Source of the DNA: a bacterium
GTDB taxonomy: Bacteria; Patescibacteriota; Microgenomatia; UBA12405
Assembly (NCBI GenBank): GCA_021817905.1
Contig: JAKAFM010000001.1
Coordinates: 3,985 to 67,984, forward strand
Reading direction: 5' to 3'
DNA: 64,000 bases
The notes beneath the pieces were generated by a model. It was given only the letters and a program-made list of their open reading frames with translations, was not told where the DNA came from and searched no databases. Within the stretch, counting starts at the first letter, position 1; every line of letters starts with the position of its first letter. This document shows positions 58,091 through 64,000 of this stretch, in pieces. A program made the translations under genes and the position numbers.

Positions 58091-58348
58091 TTAGGCTTCT
58101 TGGGCAATGAAAGGCAACAAAGCCAAATGTCGGGCATGTTTCACCGACTCCGCCAATCGACGTTGGTGTTTGACACAAACGAAAGAAATTTCTCTTGATA
58201 AAATTCTTCCTCTCGAAGACAAATATGGGCGAAGCTGTTCATATTCTTCCCACATTGGCTCATGTTTAGCCTTACAAAAAGGACAACCCTTATCCTTCAC
58301 TACGCGTGGCTGTTTTTGGTTATCTTGCTCTTTAGTTATCGGCTGCAT
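58091..58348 (-). CDS. rpsR: 30S ribosomal protein S18
   Basis: CPFC... and RGRILSREISFVCVKHQRRLAESVKHARHLALLPF match the S18 core. Confidence 0.85.
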   Translation of the reverse strand: MQPITKEQDNQKQPRVVKDKGCPFCKAKHEPMWEEYEQLRPYLSSRGRILSREISFVCVKHQRRLAESVKHARHLALLPFIAQEA

Positions 58349-58829
58349 AATCCTCCTTTTTATCCTCTACTGCCTCATCAGGAATCATGACATCATCAAG
58401 AGGTGCCGGACCTATCGCTTGCATCGAAGCATCGTCAGCTGGAGCCTCATCCACCGTTACCTCTTCAACCGGAGCCATCCGCTCACCATTACCTTTATTA
58501 TCCAATATAATCATATCGTCAATCACAATCTCAGCAACCTGTTTTTTTAACCCTTCGTTATCACTAAATTCGCGATATTGAATTCTACCCTCAACATAAA
58601 TACGACGCCCTTTCTTTAATAATTGAGCACATAATTCTGCTAATTTATTCCAGGCTACAATTCGATGAAATTGCGCGTCTTCCTTACGTTCACCCTGTTT
58701 AGTGCTCCACACCCGATTAGTAGCTAATCCAAAAGTGGAAACAGCCATTCCAGCCGGCGTATAGCGCAATTCTGGATCCCTGGTTAAATTTCCAATTAAC
58801 ATCACTCTATTTAGACAACGACTCGGCAT
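58332..58829 (-). CDS. ssb: Single-stranded DNA-binding protein
   Basis: OB-fold N-terminus NRVMLIGNLTRDPELRYTPAGMAV. Acidic C-terminal tail. Start chosen at the internal Met; the ORF track extends to 58865. Confidence 0.85.
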   Translation of the reverse strand: MPSRCLNRVMLIGNLTRDPELRYTPAGMAVSTFGLATNRVWSTKQGERKEDAQFHRIVAWNKLAELCAQLLKKGRRIYVEGRIQYREFSDNEGLKKQVAEIVIDDMIILDNKGNGERMAPVEEVTVDEAPADDASMQAIGPAPLDDVMIPDEAVEDKKEDYAADN

Positions 58830-58839
58830 ATTTTTCTCC

Positions 58840-59166
58840 TTACTTGCCCGCCAAAGCCTTGGCAACGGCGGTTTTCTTTAAAACTAAATAACGAATAACT
58901 TGCGGCTCACGATTTAAAAATAAATTAATTTCATTATTATTAAAGGTCTTTTCAGCCTCAATGTCCAACTGCCAAAATTCACCTTTAGTACATTTTTTAA
59001 TTGGATACGCTAATTCCCGGGTTCCAAGGTCAGTCGTCAAAGCCACTTTAGCCCCTAATTTTTCCACCATTTCAGTCACCTTAGCAAAAGTCATCTCTCG
59101 ATCCTTTTGGCTTGTCTTAGGCTGAAAAACAATCACCAATTGATAGGCATTTCTGTTTGTTTTCAT
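58840..59166 (-). CDS. rpsF: 30S ribosomal protein S6
   Basis: YQLVIVFQP...REL.AYPI pattern. Sits in the conserved rpsF-ssb-rpsR order. Confidence 0.85.
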   Translation of the reverse strand: MKTNRNAYQLVIVFQPKTSQKDREMTFAKVTEMVEKLGAKVALTTDLGTRELAYPIKKCTKGEFWQLDIEAEKTFNNNEINLFLNREPQVIRYLVLKKTAVAKALAGK

Positions 59167-59190
59167 AATCTGGTTAGGTTATCACAACTG

Positions 59191-59424
59191 TTATTTTTTT
59201 ACAACCGGATGCGCCTTATCAACGTAAGCTAACACCTCTTCGTCCGAAACTACCTCATCATTGTCAACTGATTCTTTGTCGATCAAAGCCAACAACTCAT
59301 CCAATATCTGTTCAGACAACTCGTCACTATCTGCCAATCCCGCCAACAACTTTGCCGCCTTATCAAGCGATTTCGTTGATAGTTCCATAGTAGTAATAAT
59401 GTCTTTTGCTTCTTTTACCTTCAT
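59191..59424 (-). CDS. Hypothetical small acidic protein
   Basis: 77 aa, D/E-rich. Confidence 0.35.
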   Translation of the reverse strand: MKVKEAKDIITTMELSTKSLDKAAKLLAGLADSDELSEQILDELLALIDKESVDNDEVVSDEEVLAYVDKAHPVVKK

Positions 59425-59433
59425 AAACTAAGC

Positions 59434-60816
59434 CTATTTTATCATTTTTTTAACTTTTGTCCCATCTAATCCATCTTCCACCACAAATCCGGCCTGCTCC
59501 AACTCTTTTCGCAGCCTATCCGATTCTTCCCAGTTTTTTGCTTTGCGTGCTGCATCCCGAGCCATAACCAATTTTGCAATCTCATCGGAAATTTCCACTG
59601 TTTTTATCTTTTCTCCTAAATTTAATCCCAAAACCCGATCAAAATCTAATAAAGTTGCCTTTTTATCTTCAGGTCTAATATCCACATCTTTTGTCAATTT
59701 CCATACTAATGCTATTACCTCAGGCATTGCCAAATCAGCCGCCAACAAAGTCTCAAACGCTTGTTTATAAGCTTCACTTACCGACCCTTTAACTCCAATT
59801 TCACTCACAAAATTTTTAAGTTTTTGATAAGCCACCATCGCCACTTTTAAATTATCCAAAGAAAATTCCAACCCTTTTCGGTAGTGACTCGTTAATACCA
59901 TATATCGATAAGCCAAAGGGTCAATTCCCATTGTCGCCAACTCCTGCGCCAAAAATAAATTTCCCGTCGACTTTGACATCTTGGCTCCCCCCTTACTAAC
60001 CACAAAAGCATTATGCACCCAATAATGGGCCGTCTGATGCCCAAAAGCGCCATAACCTTGTGCAATTTCGTTAGTATGATGAACCGGAATATGATCAATT
60101 CCGCCGGTATGAATATCAAAAGTTTCTCCCAAATATTTAACCGACATCGCTGTACACTCCAAATGCCACCCCGGAAACCCAACTCCCCATGGGCTCCCCC
60201 ACTCCATTTGTCGCTTCGGTCCATCTTTAGGACTAAATTTCCATAAGGCAAAATCACTCAAATTTCTCTTTTCTTTACTGATTTCATCCCGTTTTGTATC
60301 TTTAATTTCCTCCAGCTTTAAGTGTGCAAATTGAGCATAATCAGGAAACTTACCAGTATCAAAATAAACTCCATCTGAAGTGATATAAGTAAACCCGTTG
60401 GCCTCAATCTTTTGAATCAAGGCTATCTGCTCCGGAATATGATCAGTTGCCGCGCAAACCACTTCAGGTCGATTAATATTAAGTAGTTTTTCACTATCAA
60501 AAAATTGCTGCTCATATTTTTTCGCTATTTCCCACACTGTTAACCCCTCTCGTTTAGCCCCTTTCTCCATCTTGTCCTCACCCTCGTCGCCGTCAGAGAC
60601 CAAATGTCCGACGTCAGTAATATTCATTACCTGTTTTACCTCATACCCAAGATATCTCAATGCTCGTACCAATAAATCCCAAGAAATATAGGCATACATA
60701 TTTCCGATATGCTGATTCCAATAAACCGTCGGTCCGCAGGAATAAATTCCAATTTGTTTATCTTTAATAGGAACAATTTCCTCAACTTTTCTGGTAGCTG
60801 TGTTATAAAGCCTCAT
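59434..60816 (-). CDS. cysS: Cysteine--tRNA ligase
   Basis: Class I HIGH (HIGN) and KMSKS motifs. CysRS-specific Zn ligands. 460 aa. Confidence 0.95.
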   Translation of the reverse strand: MRLYNTATRKVEEIVPIKDKQIGIYSCGPTVYWNQHIGNMYAYISWDLLVRALRYLGYEVKQVMNITDVGHLVSDGDEGEDKMEKGAKREGLTVWEIAKKYEQQFFDSEKLLNINRPEVVCAATDHIPEQIALIQKIEANGFTYITSDGVYFDTGKFPDYAQFAHLKLEEIKDTKRDEISKEKRNLSDFALWKFSPKDGPKRQMEWGSPWGVGFPGWHLECTAMSVKYLGETFDIHTGGIDHIPVHHTNEIAQGYGAFGHQTAHYWVHNAFVVSKGGAKMSKSTGNLFLAQELATMGIDPLAYRYMVLTSHYRKGLEFSLDNLKVAMVAYQKLKNFVSEIGVKGSVSEAYKQAFETLLAADLAMPEVIALVWKLTKDVDIRPEDKKATLLDFDRVLGLNLGEKIKTVEISDEIAKLVMARDAARKAKNWEESDRLRKELEQAGFVVEDGLDGTKVKKMIK

Positions 60817-60831
60817 AATCGAGATTATACC

Positions 60832-61281
60832 CTAATCAATCTTACCCTTAAACTCGCTTGTCTGTGACATTGACTGCAAGTCAGGCTGACTTTTTTTCTT
60901 TTTGCCTCCAAAGGCACTTCCTCGTGACTTTTTTTGTTTTGATGGATTAGTCGACTCCGTATTTAAAATTACCGGTTGCTGTTGCGGCTGGACCTGCGAC
61001 TGCTTCTTCTTATTTTCGTCTTCCTCTTTTTGTCTTCTTATTTGTTCAATTTCTTGCTCCATATTCCGTCCCTGACCCATTGATACTCTCAACTGGTTTA
61101 TCTCTTCTTGTTTCTTTTGCTCATCCTCGTTTTTCTTCTTGACTATCTCTTCATCTGATAGTGGTTTAATATCGCCAAGTAATTCTTTCGAAGTAATCTC
61201 TGTCTGTTTTATCACTTGGTTACTAACCGTTTCTAATCCTTTTTCAATAGTATCGACAGCTGTTATAACAATATTAGTCAT
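60832..61281 (-). CDS. Hypothetical K/E/Q-rich low-complexity protein
   Basis: 149 aa with a charged coiled-coil-like composition. Confidence 0.4.
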   Translation of the reverse strand: MTNIVITAVDTIEKGLETVSNQVIKQTEITSKELLGDIKPLSDEEIVKKKNEDEQKKQEEINQLRVSMGQGRNMEQEIEQIRRQKEEDENKKKQSQVQPQQQPVILNTESTNPSKQKKSRGSAFGGKKKKSQPDLQSMSQTSEFKGKID

Positions 61282-61296
61282 AGTTAATTAGAAATT

Positions 61297-61956
61297 TCAT
61301 AACTCTCTTCTTCCTTCCATTGCCCGCGACAATGTCGCCTGATCGGCATATTCCACATCCGCTCCCATTGGCAAACCACTTCCAATCCGGGTAATCTTCA
61401 AATTCTTAACGTTCAAACTTTCAACTTGTCTTTTTATATACAAAGCTGTTGATTCACCTTCCATAGTCGGATTAGTTGCCATCACCAGTTCAATTACCCC
61501 CTCGCCACTTGCTTGCATTTGACCAATTCGATCAATCAAAGCGTTAATAGTCAAATCATCAGGAGAAACATGATCCAAAGGGTTAATCACCCCACCAAGC
61601 ACATGATAAACTCCACCAAAACCTCCCGCCCGTTCAAACGCCAACACATCAAGTGGTCGTTCCACTACACAAATTAAACGCTTATTCCGCTCCGGACTAC
61701 TACAAATCTCACACAATTCCCCTTCCGCCACCCCATGGCATTGCCGGCATTTTTTGATCGTTGATTTCATCGTCACTAACGTTTGGGCAAAATTATCAAC
61801 AAATCCGGTCGGTGTCACCAACAAATAAAAAGCCAATCGAGCGGCACTTTTTGGCCCAATTCCCGGCAATCGCTCAAACAACTCAATCACCCGACGAATT
61901 GATAAAGGAAGATCTGACATGACATGTTGACTAAAATAAGCCATCCAAGCCGACAC
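61297..61956 (-). CDS. recR: Recombination protein RecR
   Basis: HhH, C4 zinc finger CRQCHGV..CEICS, and Toprim domain. Confidence 0.9.
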   Translation of the reverse strand: MSAWMAYFSQHVMSDLPLSIRRVIELFERLPGIGPKSAARLAFYLLVTPTGFVDNFAQTLVTMKSTIKKCRQCHGVAEGELCEICSSPERNKRLICVVERPLDVLAFERAGGFGGVYHVLGGVINPLDHVSPDDLTINALIDRIGQMQASGEGVIELVMATNPTMEGESTALYIKRQVESLNVKNLKITRIGSGLPMGADVEYADQATLSRAMEGRREL

Positions 61957-62182
61957 CCATATCCTTCATTTTATGAGCTGCCGCTTCCTGTGATTTTTTC
62001 AAAGCCTTATTAATAATTTCAATTAAATTCTTATTCGCCACCCCGTTAACGGTCAAATCTTTAATCTTTTGGTCGCCACTGACTTTAATGACAATTCCAT
62101 TTTCTTCAAACGTTATAATTTCTGATTCAATTGCCCGTTTTAACTTTATGGCCTGAGCCATCATTTTTGCTTTATCAAACAT
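61931..62182 (-). CDS. ybaB: YbaB/EbfC nucleoid-associated protein
   Basis: 83 aa. Lies in the conserved dnaX-ybaB-recR context. Confidence 0.8.
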   Translation of the reverse strand: MFDKAKMMAQAIKLKRAIESEIITFEENGIVIKVSGDQKIKDLTVNGVANKNLIEIINKALKKSQEAAAHKMKDMGVGLDGLF

Positions 62183-62259
62183 AGGTAAATATAAGTTCTA
62201 ACAACTCCAATTGTAGCAAATAAAACCAAAGCTATACTGCTGTATTCTCTGGCAACGTT

Positions 62260-62484
62260 TTACTTTTTTTCCAAATCATTTAATACCCGTGCAGCCACTG
62301 CTGCCACATCAAACGATGGTTTTTTCCCTTCCGGCTTCACCTCTTCCAAAACTTCAAGGTTTCCACCTTTATCTCTAAATCGTGCATACACCTCTTTAAA
62401 GCGTTCTAGATCAGAACTGCCGCTTGAATCATTACCAAGTCCTAAAATTTTAATGTCATCTGATTTTTGTATAGTCTCACTCAT
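62260..62484 (-). CDS. Hypothetical small protein
   Basis: 74 aa with no motif. Confidence 0.35.
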   Translation of the reverse strand: MSETIQKSDDIKILGLGNDSSGSSDLERFKEVYARFRDKGGNLEVLEEVKPEGKKPSFDVAAVAARVLNDLEKK

Positions 62485-62505
62485 ACCCTATAGTATACCA
62501 CATAC

Positions 62506-64000
62506 TTACCCGAATATTTCTTTAGCTACCTGATACATATCCCCATTTTCTCCATCTTTAGATTTATCTACCACGTTAAGTACCGCATTTTCAGTCGGAA
62601 CAATCACCGGTCCAGTTGACCTTTGTAACTTTCCCAAAACACATGCCATCAACAATTCCACCCCCATTACTTCCTTTAATACCTTTTCTACAATTTTGCG
62701 ATTTTTATCCTCCTCCAACTTATCCTTATGAAAGGGATAAAAAACTTCAAGCACCACCGTTTCCCCTTCCACCCGTAATGGCCGAGCCGCTCGCAAAAAC
62801 GCCTCAATTGAATGATTATATGGCTTCACCGCCAACAAAATCTGTCCCCACACTTTTTCTACTGCCTCTACCTCAACTAAAGCCGATCCTATGGCTTTTT
62901 TATGACTGATTTCACTCGCCGATAAATTCTCTTTCTTTTCTTTTTCTTCTTCTTCGACCTTCCGATTTTTTACTCCAGTGGACACCGGAGTCAACTTTCG
63001 ACCTTTCAGAAACTCCACCACCGCCAACTGCAAGGGTAACTGCGAAAGAACTGAATCTCTTTCTTGTCTTCCCGCTGCAATTAACAATTGCAACCATTCC
63101 ATCAATGCTTCGGTTGATAGTCCAATTTTTTTCTGATCTTCCAACTCAATTCCACAACTTATCAATAGTTTATTTTGAAAAAAATATACTAATCTAGTCC
63201 GGAACTCCGCCATATCACTCCCAGCAGACGCCATTACCTCAAGAGCTTGTAATATCGCTTTCTCGTCTCCCTCAACCAAGTCACCCGCCAATAGTTCCGG
63301 TGAATAGTTTCCATCAGCCAACCAAGCCAAATCAGCTACCTTCTCATCTGTTATTTTCTTACCACAAGCTAACACTAACTCAGTCAATAATTTTTGAGCG
63401 TTTCTAAAACTCCCCTCGCTGCGATCGATAACCAATTTTAAAACATCCTCAGCCACCTCAATTCCTTCACCCGCAATCACCCGCTGCAAAGAATCCCGCA
63501 ACTCTTTGGTTTTACCTTTTTTAAAATCAATTCGAATCAGACGTGACAATACTGTCTCTGGTATCTTCTCGGGATCAGTTGTACACAAAATAAAAATAGT
63601 GTGAACAGGCGGTTCTTCTAAAATTTTAAGTAAGGCATTAAATGCCTCCTTAGTTAACATGTGGACTTCGTCAATAATAAACACTTTTCTCTTTAAACTA
63701 GCCGGTAATAAAAAGGTCTTTTCTTTCAACAGTCTAATGTCATCGATTCCTCGATTCGAAGCCCCATCCAATTCCATCACATCAACGCTAGCCCCCGCCG
63801 TTATTTCCAAACACGCACTACACTTCCCACAAGGATCTCCATTCTTTGGTTTAAGACAATTTACCGCCTTAGCCACAATCCGAGCCGCTGAAGTCTTCCC
63901 AGAACCCTTAGGACCGGCAAATAAAAATACTTGAGGTATATCCTTATTTTCCAACAATTTTGCTAATGTTTTCCGGACTGCTTCTGAATCCAACTGGGCT
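62506..64000 (-). CDS. dnaX: DNA polymerase III subunit gamma/tau (5' end probably beyond the window)
   Basis: Walker A GPKGSGKTS. Zn module CLKPKNGDPCGKCSAC. Sensor motifs. The N-terminal helix preceding Walker A appears cut by the window edge. Confidence 0.9.
   Translation of the reverse strand, partial: AQLDSEAVRKTLAKLLENKDIPQVFLFAGPKGSGKTSAARIVAKAVNCLKPKNGDPCGKCSACLEITAGASVDVMELDGASNRGIDDIRLLKEKTFLLPASLKRKVFIIDEVHMLTKEAFNALLKILEEPPVHTIFILCTTDPEKIPETVLSRLIRIDFKKGKTKELRDSLQRVIAGEGIEVAEDVLKLVIDRSEGSFRNAQKLLTELVLACGKKITDEKVADLAWLADGNYSPELLAGDLVEGDEKAILQALEVMASAGSDMAEFRTRLVYFFQNKLLISCGIELEDQKKIGLSTEALMEWLQLLIAAGRQERDSVLSQLPLQLAVVEFLKGRKLTPVSTGVKNRKVEEEEKEKKENLSASEISHKKAIGSALVEVEAVEKVWGQILLAVKPYNHSIEAFLRAARPLRVEGETVVLEVFYPFHKDKLEEDKNRKIVEKVLKEVMGVELLMACVLGKLQRSTGPVIVPTENAVLNVVDKSKDGENGDMYQVAKEIFG

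Noticed and set aside
1-64000. Alternative genetic code (UGA recoding, as in some CPR lineages)
   Set aside because: Several well-supported genes end in TGA, including ATGA start/stop overlaps at 16367-16370 and 30611-30614. Long ORFs are intact under the standard code.

Overview
This 64 kb window looks like part of a small bacterial chromosome of low GC (about 40%), probably a Candidate Phyla Radiation / Patescibacteria organism with a Gram-positive-type envelope (inference only). It uses the standard genetic code: UGA is a stop codon, and ATGA start/stop overlaps are seen at 16367-16370 and 30611-30614. Gene packing is dense and contains core genes: pilT' and pilB, holB, ligA, pth, gyrB and gyrA, dnaB, hisS, rpmE, an RF1-like release factor, htrA, ctpA, the rpsF-ssb-rpsR cluster, cysS, recR-ybaB-dnaX, and a lipoprotein-maturation group (lgt, a dksA/traR-like zinc finger, lspA). 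Accessory content comprises:
- An ~18 kb block of giant secreted or surface proteins at 7.2-25.6 kb. It holds a 1.68 k-aa LamG-repeat protein, a beta-helix-like protein, a protein with tail-fibre-like tandem repeats, two paralogous signal-peptide plus C-terminal-TM proteins, two paralogous proteins with a shared C-terminal tail that could be WxL-like, and an 882-aa membrane-anchored adhesin-like protein.
- A class II Fic protein.
- A Fur-regulated HlyD/MacB-type ABC export module.
- A ferredoxin plus a DsbA-like CxxS protein.
- A lone tyrosine recombinase flanked by arrays of the direct repeat TATAGGAC.
- A dockerin-like Cys-rich secreted protein.

Three tRNAs are supported: Ala-CGC, Leu-CAA and His-GUG. 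The most notable observation is a pair of homologous intergenic elements at about 48.86-49.05 kb and 50.51-50.75 kb. Each has a sigma70-like promoter (TTGACT-17-TAAAAT and TTGTAA-17-TATAAT) followed immediately by a tiny ORF rich in His codons (MKLSISFHHHAN and MLKTNLFIHHTHTVVTTRGVVV), alternative hairpins, and a rho-independent terminator. This is the textbook layout of a leader-peptide transcription attenuator for histidine. One copy sits in front of tRNA-His. The other precedes an operon of a small ORF, a DapF-like gene, hisS, rpmE and the truncated RF1. No CRISPR array or rRNA is present.
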